DNA from: Alphaproteobacteria bacterium
GTDB taxonomy: Bacteria > Pseudomonadota > Alphaproteobacteria > UBA9655
Assembly: GCA_013287205.1 (NCBI GenBank)
Contig: JABDEE010000001.1
Location: forward strand, 4,882-68,881
Direction: 5' to 3'
DNA: 64,000 nt
The notes under the pieces were generated by a model. That model ran no database searches, was not told the origin of the DNA, and was given only the letters and a program-made list of their open reading frames with translations. Below, one piece after another: positions 17,766 through 27,801 of this stretch. Positions within the stretch are counted from its first letter, which is position 1, and each line of letters opens with the position of its first letter. The position numbers were made by a program, and so were the translations under genes.

Positions 17766-18308
17766 CTAAATGGGGATCTCTTTCAACGCTTGTTCTGCAG
17801 GGTCATTGATAGGCGGTGGTTCGTCTGTTTCAGGGGACGTCTTCTTTCCTGACCTTGCATTTTTCGCATTTTGCGTTACTGGATCTGAGGTAGTAAGGAC
17901 GGCTTCCTCTCCTTCTACATTTCCCTTCGCGTAGCCAACGGTCTCGAGGATTGAGGCCCCTCCGTCAGCGGCAATGATCATCAATGCGCATGTTAGGAGG
18001 TAGGCTTCCGTCCCATCAAAAATGAACTGACGAGCGTGACTCTCAGGAGTATTTTTCATAAGTCCCCATCGTGCACACGCCACCTGTGCGGGCCAGCATA
18101 CGGCGTAGGCCTGCGAATTGTTGAGGATAAAGTTTTGGTTGTCCCCAATGATACGGCACGTAAATTTCCTATCCTTCCCTACACCAAGAGGGACAAGTGA
18201 GGAAATATTAACTTCTGAGCCAAAAGAGGCCGCAGGGTCGATCTCTGACTTAGCGTGAGCTCCGGCAGAAACAAGAGAAAATAAGATGAGGAGGATAAAG
18301 GGGTTCAT
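17766..18308 (-). CDS. hypothetical secreted protein, paralog 1 (180 aa)
   Basis: Signal peptide. Shares GxGKDRxFTC...QVACxRW...ARxFIFxxTEAYLLxCAL...LETVGY...TSDPVTQ with the adjacent gene. Charged tail. Confidence 0.65.
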   Translation of the reverse strand: MNPFILLILFSLVSAGAHAKSEIDPAASFGSEVNISSLVPLGVGKDRKFTCRIIGDNQNFILNNSQAYAVCWPAQVACARWGLMKNTPESHARQFIFDGTEAYLLTCALMIIAADGGASILETVGYAKGNVEGEEAVLTTSDPVTQNAKNARSGKKTSPETDEPPPINDPAEQALKEIPI

Positions 18309-18859
18309 TGTTCACGAGGCGCTGATATCGCACCTTCATCTGTTTCCTCTTCTTCTTCGTCTGCCTCTTCTTCGTCTATGTCTTTTTTATGCCGCTTATG
18401 CTTGAGGATCTTTTCTTTTTGCGTTACTGGATCTGAGGTAACGAGAGTTGCGGCTTTCCCTGTGGTCTCTGTCGTTCCATACCCCACGGTCTCGAGGAGC
18501 GCGGAATTTTCGCCGGTCGATATGATCAGGGCGCACGCGAGCAGGTAAGCCTCTGTCTCCGCAAAAATGAACCGACGAGCACGACTGTCGGGGCCGTGTT
18601 TTACAAGCGCCCAACGTATACAAGCCACCTGTGTATTGTAGAAGAGGGAGTTGTCTTGCGCGTTGCTGGGTACAAAATTTTGGTTGGCCGCAACAGCGCA
18701 GGTAAATCTTCTATCCTTCCCAATACCAAGGGGGGTGAGGAGAGAAAGGGGGACTGCGGAACTGAAAGAGGCTGAGGGTTCTATGACGTTTTTCTCTAGC
18801 TTAGCATGGGCTTCTTGAGGAGCAAGAGCAAATAAGATGAGAAAAATAAAGGGGGTCAT
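18305..18859 (-). CDS. hypothetical secreted protein, paralog 2 (184 aa from MTPFIF)
   Basis: AAGAGGA RBS precedes the ATG at 18859. Paralogous to 17766-18308. Highly acidic C-terminal tail. Confidence 0.65.
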   Translation of the reverse strand: MTPFIFLILFALAPQEAHAKLEKNVIEPSASFSSAVPLSLLTPLGIGKDRRFTCAVAANQNFVPSNAQDNSLFYNTQVACIRWALVKHGPDSRARRFIFAETEAYLLACALIISTGENSALLETVGYGTTETTGKAATLVTSDPVTQKEKILKHKRHKKDIDEEEADEEEEETDEGAISAPREQ

Positions 18860-19103
18860 GGTTTCCTCTTGAAGGGTTGAATTTTTTTCATAATCCTCTG
18901 CCAAGAAGCATACTCCTTTATATGGATGAAGGGAATACTTGATCTTCTCAATTTTATGCGCTATATGATTGAGCCCCATGGACAAAGAGGCTTTGAAGAG
19001 GCATTTTTGCCTACTTTCATCACATGGTCCCATTTTTAAGGTTGTATACCTTCAGTATTTGGGTGATAAGATAGACATATTCATTAAAACGATAGGTAGT
19101 TAA

Positions 19104-19298
19104 ATGGCAGTTCCTAAGAAAAAAACATCCCCTTCCCGTCAGGGTATGCGACGCGCTCACCATGCTCTTAAGCCTGTACAGAGCGTGGAATGTCCTGCAT
19201 GTGGTGCAAGAAAACTCTCTCACCATCTCTGTCCTTCTTGTGGTCATTATAAGGGCCGCCAAGTCTTAGGACAGACGACCGATGAGTCTCCTGCTTAG
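19104..19298 (+). CDS. rpmF: 50S ribosomal protein L32
   Basis: [12 protein letters not shown]... with a CxxC...CxxC zinc ribbon. Confidence 0.95.
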   Translation: MAVPKKKTSPSRQGMRRAHHALKPVQSVECPACGARKLSHHLCPSCGHYKGRQVLGQTTDESPA

Positions 19299-19314
19299 TT
19301 TACGGATTATTTAA

Positions 19315-20346
19315 GTGAACGTCACCTTAGCTGTTGATGCAATGGGAGGGGACAAGGCCCCGGGTGTTGTCATCCAAGGCCTTGCAATTGCGGCGGAGCG
19401 GTACCCTTTTGTCCATTTTCTTCTTTTTGGAGACAGCCGGGTCGTTGAGCCTTTGCTTGCGCAAGAGAAGATCCTCGCTGATAAAGTCACCTTTACCCAT
19501 TGCAAAGAAATTATTACCTCTGAGACAAAACCCAGTGCAGCCATTCGTGGGTTTTTGGATTCCAGTATGCGTCAAGCCGTCAAAGCCGTTGCAGAGGGGC
19601 GTGCACAAGGTGTGGTCTCTGCTGGCAATACCGGCGCTTACATGGCGCTCGCGAAAATCATTCTCCGCACGATTCCAGGCATTGATCGTCCCGCTCTAGC
19701 AAGTCTTGCGCCCACCCTGAAAGGGGACGTCGTGTTCTTGGATCTGGGAGCGAACATGGAATGCACCGCTAAAAATCTGACCCAATTTGCGATTATGGGT
19801 GAGCTCTTTGCCCGTCATGTTCTCCACCTCCCCAAACCGACGGTCGGGCTTATTAACGTTGGATCTGAAGACATCAAGGGAAACCCTGTGGTGAAAGAGG
19901 CAGCAGAGCTCATTCGCGCGTCTTCGATTCGTGACAATTTTTATGGCTTTATTGAAGGGGATGACATTACGCGTGGCACGGTTGATGTTGTTGTCATGGA
20001 TGGATTTACTGGGAACGTCGTCCTCAAGGCAGGGGAAGGCGTGATGCACATGGCCCTTCACTCCTTTAAGACAGCCTTTAAGAGCTCGTGGATGGCCTCC
20101 CTAGGGTATTTGCTGGCAAAGCCTATGCTTAAGAAGCTCTCCATGCGTCTTGACTATCGGCGTTATAATGGGGGCCTTTGGTTGGGTCTGAATGGCGTTG
20201 CTGTGAAGAGCCATGGGGGAACGGATGCCCTTGGGTTTGCCCATGCCATTGATCTTGCCGTCGATATGGTGACGGGTCAAATCAACACCCATTTCGTCCG
20301 TGAATTTTCTTCGGAAGCGCCTTCCAAGGCAGCTGTAAATTCATGA
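19315..20346 (+). CDS. plsX: phosphate acyltransferase PlsX
   Basis: AVDAMGGD...SAGNTGA motifs. rpmF-plsX-fabH synteny. GTG start. Confidence 0.93.
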   Translation: MNVTLAVDAMGGDKAPGVVIQGLAIAAERYPFVHFLLFGDSRVVEPLLAQEKILADKVTFTHCKEIITSETKPSAAIRGFLDSSMRQAVKAVAEGRAQGVVSAGNTGAYMALAKIILRTIPGIDRPALASLAPTLKGDVVFLDLGANMECTAKNLTQFAIMGELFARHVLHLPKPTVGLINVGSEDIKGNPVVKEAAELIRASSIRDNFYGFIEGDDITRGTVDVVVMDGFTGNVVLKAGEGVMHMALHSFKTAFKSSWMASLGYLLAKPMLKKLSMRLDYRRYNGGLWLGLNGVAVKSHGGTDALGFAHAIDLAVDMVTGQINTHFVREFSSEAPSKAAVNS

Positions 20347-21287
20347 CGGTGCGCTCCGTTATCCTCGGCACGGGCAGTTACCTTCCGACCAAAGTTGTCA
20401 CAAACAACGACCTCTCTGAAAGCCTTGAGACCTCTCATGACTGGATTGTGGAGCGCACAGGCATTTGTGCCCGGCATATCGCAGCTCCCGATGAGCATAC
20501 GTCCGACATCGCGGTCAAAGCGGCCCAGCGCGCTTTAATTGCTGCAGGTCTCACGCCGCAAGATGTGGATATGATCGTCCTTGCGACCGCAACCCCTGAT
20601 CACGTTTTCCCGGCAACCGCTGTGCGGGTGCAAGCGAAGCTCGGCATGACCCATGGGTTTGCCTTTGATCAATCGGCGGTGTGCAGCGGCTTTATTTTTG
20701 CGTTGGCGACAGCGGATATGTACTTGAAACAAGGCATGGCAAAAACGGCCCTTGTCATTGGGGCAGAAACCATGAGCCGCCTTGTGGATTGGACCGATCG
20801 CTCAACGGCGGTTCTTTTTGGGGATGGCGCAGGAGCCGTTGTTTTGCAGGCTCAATCCCAGACAGATCGCGGCATCCTCGGCAATCTCCTCAGGACAGAT
20901 GGGGTGGGATACGAGCAAATGTATGTCCGGAAGGACACACCCGGGATCCACATGAATGGACGGGAGATCTTTCGGAATGCAGTGCATCGGCTCGATGAAG
21001 CGGTGGGGGAGATTCTGGAACGCTGCAACGTAACCCAAGACCAAATTGATTGGCTCGTGCCCCATCAAGCTAACAAACGCATCATTGATGCCACAGCGAA
21101 ACGTCTTGGACTTCCCGAATCTAAAGTCATTCATACAGGGGCTGTCCAAGCAAACACATCGGCGGCCTCCATCCCGCTTGCGTTGGATGCCGCGGTGAAA
21201 GACGGACGCATCAAACAAGGCGACCTTATCTTGTGTGAGGCCTTCGCGGCCGGCTATGCCTGGGGATCGACGCTCATTCGGATGTAA
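20343..21287 (+). CDS. fabH: 3-oxoacyl-ACP synthase III
   Basis: Active-site AVCSGF plus HQAN...N triad context. 314 aa. Confidence 0.95.
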   Translation: MTVRSVILGTGSYLPTKVVTNNDLSESLETSHDWIVERTGICARHIAAPDEHTSDIAVKAAQRALIAAGLTPQDVDMIVLATATPDHVFPATAVRVQAKLGMTHGFAFDQSAVCSGFIFALATADMYLKQGMAKTALVIGAETMSRLVDWTDRSTAVLFGDGAGAVVLQAQSQTDRGILGNLLRTDGVGYEQMYVRKDTPGIHMNGREIFRNAVHRLDEAVGEILERCNVTQDQIDWLVPHQANKRIIDATAKRLGLPESKVIHTGAVQANTSAASIPLALDAAVKDGRIKQGDLILCEAFAAGYAWGSTLIRM

Positions 21288-21435
21288 ATATCAGGGGTCA
21301 GAAGTCAGGAAACGGGATTCAGGAAATAGGATTTCTCTGTTCCTGTAGAAACGGACTTCTTTTTTCCCCTGCGCCCCTCAAAAGGGTGTGCTATAATTAG
21401 GGCGGTATCTCCCTTTAACTTTTAGGAGACTTCTC

Positions 21436-21588
21436 ATGCGACTTATCTTACTCGTTATTCTCATCATGATGTTGGTAGGCGCCTTGCCGACCTGGTCCCA
21501 TAGTGCGAACTGGGGCTATTTTCCCAGCGGCGGGGTGGGCCTTGTTCTTCTCATCCTTGTGATCTTGCTTCTGACGGGGCGATTGTAG
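21436..21588 (+). CDS. DUF3309-family small membrane protein (50 aa; not in the supplied ORF track)
   Basis: MRLILLVILIMMLVGALPTWSHSANWGYFPSGGVGLVLLILVILLLTGRL. TAGGAGA RBS 7 nt upstream. Confidence 0.7.
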   Translation: MRLILLVILIMMLVGALPTWSHSANWGYFPSGGVGLVLLILVILLLTGRL

Positions 21589-21723
21589 AGTCACGCCATA
21601 GCCCGCTTTCGGCCGCTATAGCCTTTGGCGGTAGCGGACTATAGCAGGCGACGGCCATTCGGAAACTTTGACTCTTTTCTAAAATCCTGTAGACTAGGCC
21701 CTGTGAACAAGATTCAACAACAC

Positions 21724-21900
21724 GTGTCATCCCCGACTTAGAAACTCTCGCCCCCGACTTAATCGGGGGCATAGAGTTTCTTGAGCGGGGACCCAGGGCC
21801 ACACAAAAATTCTTTCTTACCTTGGTTTCTGGGTCCCCGATCAAGACCTTCTAACCCCCCGCAGGGCGGGGGCTAAGAAGGCCTAAGTCGGGGATGACAC
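21724..21900. repeat. palindromic-element family, full-length copy D (177 bp core)
   Basis: 18-bp perfect termini GTGTCATCCCCGACTTAG/CTAAGTCGGGGATGACAC. Inner GGGGACCCAG...CTGGGTCCCC plus two side hairpins. Outer GTAGAC..GTGAACAA arms extend to about 21683-21928. Confidence 0.9.
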
Positions 21901-21952
21901 AGGTTTTTGTTCACGCAGTCTACAAAAACAATCATTTTTTCAGGAGGTTAGC

Positions 21953-22957
21953 ATGGGTTATCGGGTTGCTGTTGTGGGTGCGACGGGAGGTGTGGGACGG
22001 GAGATGATCTCTGTGTTGGCAGAGCGCAAGTTTCCCATTGATAAGGTTTATGCCCTTGCGTCTCAAGAGTCGGTCGGCCGACAGATTTCTTTTGGGGAGG
22101 AAGATGTCCTGGATGTGCAGGCCTTAAAAGGCTTCGATTTTACAGGCATTGATTTTGCTTTTTTCTCAGCAGGCAGCCGGGTGTCAGCAGAGTATGCGCC
22201 ACGCGCAGCCGCTGCTGGATGCACGGTCATTGATAATTCGTCCCAGTTTCGGACAGATCCAAATATTCCCCTCGTCGTGCCGGAGGTTAATCCGGAGGCT
22301 CTCGCGGCCTACAAAGACCGCAACATTATTGCCAATCCCAATTGCGTGGCCTTGCCGCTAACGATGGTTTTGAAGCCGTTACTCGATGAAGCGGGCTTGA
22401 AACGTGTTGTTGTTGCCACCTACCAATCCGTCTCAGGCGCAGGGCAAGCAACGATGGATGAGCTCTTCAACCAAACGCGAGCGATCTACATGAACCAACC
22501 CCTCGTGAAACAAGAAATGTCCAAGCAAATTGCCTTTAACGTTGTGCCTCATATTGGGCCTTTTCTCGATAGTGGCGACACGGGCGAAGAAGAAAAGGTA
22601 GCGCTTGAGACGCAAAAGATCCTCGGCACGAATGCGGGGGTTGCTGTCACTTGCGTTCGCGTGCCTGTGTTTATTGGGCACTCCATCGCCGTTGCTGTTG
22701 AGCTTCATAATCCCCTTTCCGTGGGGGAAGCCCGCGCCTTGTGGCGTGAATTTCCGGGGCTTTCCATTATCGATCATCGCCAAGATGAAGGGTTTGTGAC
22801 GCCTGTTGAAGTGGCAGGAGAAGATAATGTTTTCCTCAGTCGCATTCGCCGCGATCGATCCGTTGAGAACGGCCTTCTTTTTTGGGTCGTCAGCGATAAT
22901 TTGCGTAAAGGGGCGGCGTTGAACGCCATTCAGATTGCGGAGTGTTTGATTAGGTAG
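21953..22957 (+). CDS. asd: aspartate-semialdehyde dehydrogenase
   Basis: VAVVGATGxVG...NPNC(active-site Cys)...SGAG motifs. 334 aa. Confidence 0.95.
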   Translation: MGYRVAVVGATGGVGREMISVLAERKFPIDKVYALASQESVGRQISFGEEDVLDVQALKGFDFTGIDFAFFSAGSRVSAEYAPRAAAAGCTVIDNSSQFRTDPNIPLVVPEVNPEALAAYKDRNIIANPNCVALPLTMVLKPLLDEAGLKRVVVATYQSVSGAGQATMDELFNQTRAIYMNQPLVKQEMSKQIAFNVVPHIGPFLDSGDTGEEEKVALETQKILGTNAGVAVTCVRVPVFIGHSIAVAVELHNPLSVGEARALWREFPGLSIIDHRQDEGFVTPVEVAGEDNVFLSRIRRDRSVENGLLFWVVSDNLRKGAALNAIQIAECLIR

Positions 22958-22971
22958 GGGGCGTCTGAAAG

Positions 22972-23182
22972 GTGTCATCCCCGACTTAGACTTTCTTACC
23001 CCCGACTCGCCACGGCGTAGCCTTTGGCGTAGCTGGGCAAGTCGGGGAGTTAGAAAGACTTGATCGGGGACCCAGAAAGCCAAAGTATGAAAGAATTTTT
23101 GTGTTGCCCTGGGTCCCCGGTCAACAAGTCCTAACATCCCCAATAAATTGGGGACGAAGGACTTGTAAGCCGGGGATGACAC
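22972..23182. repeat. palindromic-element family, full-length copy E (211 bp)
   Basis: GTGTCATCCCCGACTTAG...GGGGACCCAG...CTGGGTCCCC...CCGGGGATGACAC, between the convergent genes asd and mutS. Confidence 0.9.
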
Positions 23183-23200
23183 CCTCTTCTGCTTACCTTA

Positions 23201-25768
23201 TTACCCCCCCACCTTCTTAAGCGCATAAAGTGTTTCAAGCGCCTCCTTAGGCGTGAGGGTATCTGGATCAAGGTCAGAGAGCATTTTCTCTAACGGCGAG
23301 GGGACGCGGTAGGACTCGGTGAAGAGAGGTAACGGATGGGCTGATAGCTTTGGTTTAGCGGCGGTCGTCTCAAGGGTCGCCAGAACCTCCTCTGCGCGTT
23401 TGACAACGGTTGGGGGGAGGCCCGCCAGTTTTCCGACGTGAATCCCATAGGATTTATCCGCCGTACCCTTCGCGATTTCGTGGAGGAAGATGATTTTATC
23501 CTCCCACTCCCGCACCTTCACCGTGTAGCAATGAACCTGCGGCAAACTTTTTTCTAAAGTTGTGAGCTCATGGTAATGGGTCGCAAAAAGGGCACGGGCT
23601 TGGACGGCATGGACCAGATACTCAACGCACGCCCAAGCAATGGAGAGGCCATCAAAGGTTGCGGTTCCTCGGCCAATTTCGTCGAGAATCACGAAACTCC
23701 GAGGGGTGGCTTGATTCAGAATGACAGCTGTTTCCGTCATCTCCACCATAAAAGTTGACCGCCCCCGGGCCAAGTCATCGGAGGCCCCCACGCGGCTAAA
23801 AATACGGTCAATGAGACCGATATGGGCGCGGGTTGCGGGCACGTACATGCCCATATGGGCCATAAGGGCGATGAGGGCATTTTGACGCAGGAAGGTGCTC
23901 TTTCCCGCCATATTAGGCCCGGTGAGAAGCCATAACCCTGTGAGGGCACAGGTGTTGGGAATGAAGGGCGTTCCTTGGGGCAGAAGCGCTTCCACAACGG
24001 GATGACGGCCGCCTTCGATCTCAAAGGCCAGGCTCTCATCCAAGAGAGGTTTCGTGTAGTGACGTTCATGGGCAAGGTGGGCGTGACTTGCACTCACATC
24101 CAAAGCCGCAAGGGCTTGGGAGGTTTCGATAATCGCTGACGTGTGGACCAAAACCTTTTCAACCAGATCTTGAAAGAGGCTGATCTCAAGGGAAAGCGCT
24201 TGCTCCACCGCTCCCACAATCTTTTTCTCAAGCTCAATCAGGGCCGGCGTTGTAAACCGCATGGCATTGGCCATGGTTTGACGGTGGATAAACCCAGGTC
24301 CGAGTTTATCTTTGTGGAGGCTCGTGATTTCAATGTGGTAGCCCACGATGTTGTTGTGTTTGATCTTAAGACTCGTCACACCTGTTTCTGTCACATATTG
24401 TTGTTGGAGGGCCTGGAGGGCTCCCTTACTATCTTCCCTTAAGGCGAGGAGTTCATCCAAGGGGGGGTGATAACCCGCACGGATAAAACCCCCGTCGTTG
24501 ATGGTGGGCGGCAACTCGTCTTTTAGAGCTTGGGTAAGAGTGGTTGTTAGGTCTGGATATTCTCCCAACTGAGAAAGATAGGCTGCCAAAGATGTCGGGT
24601 TCTGAAAGATCTTGTGAATGTCGGGAAGGAGGGCCAATCCGCGATGAAGCGCCGCCAGATCTCGCGGTCCCCCCCGTCCCCAACTGAGCCGGGAGAGCGG
24701 ACGTTCCAGATCCGGGCAACACGCCAGGACCGCCTGCAGCGCTTTTGTGAGCGCAAGGTTGTCGTAAAGAAAGGTCACACCGTCAAGACGCTTTTGAAGT
24801 TCCTCAAGATCGTTCAGGGGGGCTGCCAAATGATGGGACAGGAGACGGGCACCCATGGGCGTTTTTGTGTGGTCAATGACGCTGAGCAAACTGCCCCGCT
24901 TCTCACCGCTGAGAGAGGCGTGGAGCTCCAGATTACGACGGGTGGCCGCATCCAGTTCCAGACGGCCTCTTTCCTTGAGTCGTACGGGCGGTTTGAGGGA
25001 CGGAAGATCCCGTTTTTGTGTCAGACGCACGTAGTCGACGAGCGCCCCACAGGCTGCAATTTCAGCCGTCTTAAAGTCCCCAAACGCTTCTAAGCTTTCA
25101 ACACCATAAACTTCCTTCAATCGCTCGAGCCCATTTTGGGCATCGAACCGACTGGACGGCAACGGAGTGAGGCGTTTTTTGAGGTCTTGAAAAAGCTCAT
25201 ACAGCACAGGGGTTTGTAAAAACCCTTCGGGCAACAAAATTTCCCCTGGCCGCAAGCGGGCCAGGACGGTCTCGAGAAGGGCCAGCGAGGTTGATTCGGC
25301 AAAGCAATCCCCTGTGGAAATATCAATGGAGGCGAGACCAATGAGTCCTTCCTTGGTGGGAACGAGAGCCGTGAGGAAATTATTCTGCCCCGCTTCTAAC
25401 AGTTGTTCTTCCGTCAAGGTTCCTGGCGTGACAACACGGATCACATCCCGCGCGAGAGGTCCTTTTGTTTTTCGGCCCGCAGCTGCTTCCGTTTGTTCGC
25501 AAATGGCCACCCGATGGCCTTGGCGAATGAGGCGCGCCAGGTATTGCTCGCCCGCATGGGCCGGCACACCACACATAGGGATATCCTCCCCTTGGGGACC
25601 CTTTCCCCGGCGGGTGAGCGCAATATCAAGGGCTTTGGAGGCGATCACCGCATCGTCGAAAAAAAGCTCATAAAAATCCCCCATGCGGTAAAACAGGAGG
25701 CACGATGGGTATTGGCGTTTTATGTCCAAATACTGGACCATCATGGGCGTGGGAGAAGGAACTGACAT
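23201..25768 (-). CDS. mutS: DNA mismatch repair protein MutS
   Basis: 855 aa. TPMMxQY N-terminus, Walker [10 protein letters not shown], and a C-terminal dimerisation region. Confidence 0.97.
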   Translation of the reverse strand: MSVPSPTPMMVQYLDIKRQYPSCLLFYRMGDFYELFFDDAVIASKALDIALTRRGKGPQGEDIPMCGVPAHAGEQYLARLIRQGHRVAICEQTEAAAGRKTKGPLARDVIRVVTPGTLTEEQLLEAGQNNFLTALVPTKEGLIGLASIDISTGDCFAESTSLALLETVLARLRPGEILLPEGFLQTPVLYELFQDLKKRLTPLPSSRFDAQNGLERLKEVYGVESLEAFGDFKTAEIAACGALVDYVRLTQKRDLPSLKPPVRLKERGRLELDAATRRNLELHASLSGEKRGSLLSVIDHTKTPMGARLLSHHLAAPLNDLEELQKRLDGVTFLYDNLALTKALQAVLACCPDLERPLSRLSWGRGGPRDLAALHRGLALLPDIHKIFQNPTSLAAYLSQLGEYPDLTTTLTQALKDELPPTINDGGFIRAGYHPPLDELLALREDSKGALQALQQQYVTETGVTSLKIKHNNIVGYHIEITSLHKDKLGPGFIHRQTMANAMRFTTPALIELEKKIVGAVEQALSLEISLFQDLVEKVLVHTSAIIETSQALAALDVSASHAHLAHERHYTKPLLDESLAFEIEGGRHPVVEALLPQGTPFIPNTCALTGLWLLTGPNMAGKSTFLRQNALIALMAHMGMYVPATRAHIGLIDRIFSRVGASDDLARGRSTFMVEMTETAVILNQATPRSFVILDEIGRGTATFDGLSIAWACVEYLVHAVQARALFATHYHELTTLEKSLPQVHCYTVKVREWEDKIIFLHEIAKGTADKSYGIHVGKLAGLPPTVVKRAEEVLATLETTAAKPKLSAHPLPLFTESYRVPSPLEKMLSDLDPDTLTPKEALETLYALKKVGG

Positions 25769-25828
25769 ACACTATGACCGGTTGTGGACGGGGTTACTTG
25801 AGGCTCCGCAAACAAAATTCAAAAACAC

Positions 25829-25901
25829 GTGTCATCCCAGGCTTAGTGCCTCTTTTCCCCCGACTTGATCGGGGGCGAGAGTTTCTAGTCGGGGATGACA
25901 C
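25829..25901. repeat. palindromic-element family, short copy F (73 bp)
   Basis: GTGTCATCCCAGGCTTAG...CCCCCGACTTGATCGGGGG...CTAGTCGGGGATGACAC. Shares flanking AACAARATTCAAMAACAC and TTTGTTCACG..TCTAC arms with copy D. Confidence 0.85.
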
Positions 25902-25920
25902 AGGGCTTTGTTCACGTAAT

Positions 25921-26262
25921 CTACTCTTTACCCAGGGCGGATGATTTATCAAGTGTCAAGATCACGATATCATCGGGATGGGCATACCCCAAAACGAGGC
26001 GCACCTGTTGGTCCAAAAGGTCCCGATCAATATTTGCGGGGCGCAATAGGGCCACTTTTTCCTCCAGCTCTTGTCGTTGTTTGAGGACCTGGGCAAGGTG
26101 ATTTTCTGTTCGGACAAGCTGTGTTTGAAGCTGGAGCAAAGCGAGGATCCCTCGGTCCCCCTGCACAGAGTGATAGATGAAATAGCCAACGATGGTAAAG
26201 ATAATGACAGGAGCCATGGCCTGTTGGGCAAGCCGGCGAAAATGGCGCGTTTGTGAGTTCAT
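25921..26262 (-). CDS. ftsB: septum formation initiator (FtsB/DivIC family)
   Basis: 113 aa. Single TM then a coiled coil with LxxQxxxL heptads. Confidence 0.75.
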   Translation of the reverse strand: MNSQTRHFRRLAQQAMAPVIIFTIVGYFIYHSVQGDRGILALLQLQTQLVRTENHLAQVLKQRQELEEKVALLRPANIDRDLLDQQVRLVLGYAHPDDIVILTLDKSSALGKE

Positions 26263-26371
26263 TTCTACAAGCTAACGTTCTTAGTTTAAACATGCAAGAA
26301 AAAAACTTATCCTTGTGCAGTAAAAAATAGAGGTATATCATGAAGGGACGGAAACTCTCACTTGGGGATTT

Positions 26372-26653
26372 ATGACAAAATCAGAACTGATTAATGAATT
26401 AGGAAAAAAGGTTGGTACACTCACTAAACGAGATGCAGAGCGAGGTGTTAATATTATCTTTTCAAAAATAAGTGGTGCTCTTGAGGCGGGAGGGCGCGTC
26501 GAATTACGAGGATTTGGGATGTTCTCTCTTCGCTATCGCGCTCAACGGGTGGGGCGCAATCCTCGTACGGGAGAGCGGGTTGATGTGGTCGATAAATATG
26601 TTCCCTACTTTAAAGCCGCCAAGGCACTTCGGGATAAGCTTAATGAAGCGTGA
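26372..26653 (+). CDS. ihfB: integration host factor subunit beta
   Basis: HU/IHF fold with ELRGFGxF...RxGRNPRTGE...VPxFKxxK. 93 aa. Confidence 0.85.
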   Translation: MTKSELINELGKKVGTLTKRDAERGVNIIFSKISGALEAGGRVELRGFGMFSLRYRAQRVGRNPRTGERVDVVDKYVPYFKAAKALRDKLNEA

Positions 26654-26672
26654 TTACTATCTTGTCAGCCAT

Positions 26673-26719
26673 GGCTAGAAGTACTTGCGCTACATCGTAG
26701 CGCTTTAGGCCTTCTAGCC
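26673..26719. terminator. compound hairpin between the convergent ihfB and SH3 genes
   Basis: GGCTAGAAG (26673-81) pairs with CTTCTAGCC (26711-19), enclosing GCGCTA-CATCG-TAGCGC. A T-run follows. Confidence 0.5.
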
Positions 26720-26742
26720 AAGGACAACTTTTTGTCAGTTTA

Positions 26743-27222
26743 TTATTTTATACTCTCATGGGGGTAAACGCCCCACAGGGCGAGGCGTTTGATCCAACCC
26801 TTAAATTCGCGAAGACGCACTTGGCACCATTCGTCCTGGCAGCGGAGAATTTCCACAATGACACCCTTCTCAAGGCGTGCCAGAGGAGGGGCGTCCGCAC
26901 TCTTGTCCGTATAGAGCAGCACGATAGGCTCAAGGATAACGGCCCCTCGTTTGGGGCTAAGCATGGTTTGGTGAACCCACCCCGTTGTTCCGTGGACATC
27001 GCGGATCTTACGCCAGGTATCAAATTCAGCAATGACTTCGATCGGCAGCTTTGCTTTCACATAGGTCCATTCAATGGGATATTGGCGGCCGGGGCCTACC
27101 CTCACATTGACTTTGTCGGGTCGAAAAGAAGCGAATCGTGGAATCGGATTCTTGTCTTTGGCTACACTTGGCAGTGACGCCATAAGCAATATCACGAAAA
27201 AGCAGATCCCTCTGAGAAGCAT
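26743..27222 (-). CDS. bacterial SH3-domain protein (DUF1058-like), periplasmic
   Basis: Signal peptide. VNVRxGPGxxYPIxWxY...GWVHxxML motif. Confidence 0.7.
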   Translation of the reverse strand: MLLRGICFFVILLMASLPSVAKDKNPIPRFASFRPDKVNVRVGPGRQYPIEWTYVKAKLPIEVIAEFDTWRKIRDVHGTTGWVHQTMLSPKRGAVILEPIVLLYTDKSADAPPLARLEKGVIVEILRCQDEWCQVRLREFKGWIKRLALWGVYPHESIK

Positions 27223-27680
27223 TATTTCAGTCCTGTTGAGCCAAAGCCTCCCTTGCGCTCATTGTGCTCGAAATCTTCGTGTTGATCAATCTCTATCCAC
27301 TGAAGTTGTGTAAAGGGAGCCACAACAAGCTGGGCGATCCGTAATCCACGTTCAATGATAAAATCCTCTTGGCCGAGGTTAATGAGGATCACCAAGATTT
27401 CTCCCCGATAATCCGCATCAATGGTTCCCGGACTATTGAGAACTGTTATCCCATTTTTAAGCGCAAGGCCAGAACGCGGACGGATTTGCGCCTCATAGCC
27501 TGGGGGGATGGACAGAGAAATGCCCGTGGGGATCAGGGCACGGGTCAAGGGTCGCAAAATAACAGATTCCTCTACAGCGGCCATCAGGTCCACGCCTGCA
27601 CTCTGGGAAGTTGCATGGTGGGGAAGGGGGAGGCCCTCCCCATGAGGGTACCGGACAAGGGGGATGGCGATGGGTGTCAT
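27222..27680 (-). CDS. dut: dUTP diphosphatase
   Basis: SAGxDL...RPRSGLA...GTIDxDYRGE...GGFGSTG motifs. Start set at MTPIAIP. The upstream ORF extension lacks homology. Confidence 0.93.
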   Translation of the reverse strand: MTPIAIPLVRYPHGEGLPLPHHATSQSAGVDLMAAVEESVILRPLTRALIPTGISLSIPPGYEAQIRPRSGLALKNGITVLNSPGTIDADYRGEILVILINLGQEDFIIERGLRIAQLVVAPFTQLQWIEIDQHEDFEHNERKGGFGSTGLK

Positions 27681-27801
27681 AAAGGCTTCCTTTTGATGAT
27701 CAAAGTCAGTTTCACGTGAAACATTTTTAGGGAAGAGTGTCAATGAATTTAGTGTCACTGCAGATGTTGAAATCAACCCAACATTGCTGTAGGCAGAGAG
27801 C

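Noticed and set aside
22433-23182. 249-aa minus-strand ORF
   Set aside because: It is antisense to asd across most of its length and then runs through palindromic element E. It is a typical shadow ORF.
27707-27720. 14-bp perfect palindrome GTTTCACGTGAAAC, present twice (27707-27720 in the dut/GT divergent region and 45027-45040 inside hemH), with GTTTCAC also in the TA-flanking repeats
   Set aside because: Only two copies exist, and one is inside a coding region. A few identical 14-mers are expected by chance in a window this size. It is not enough to call a regulator site without a genome-wide count.
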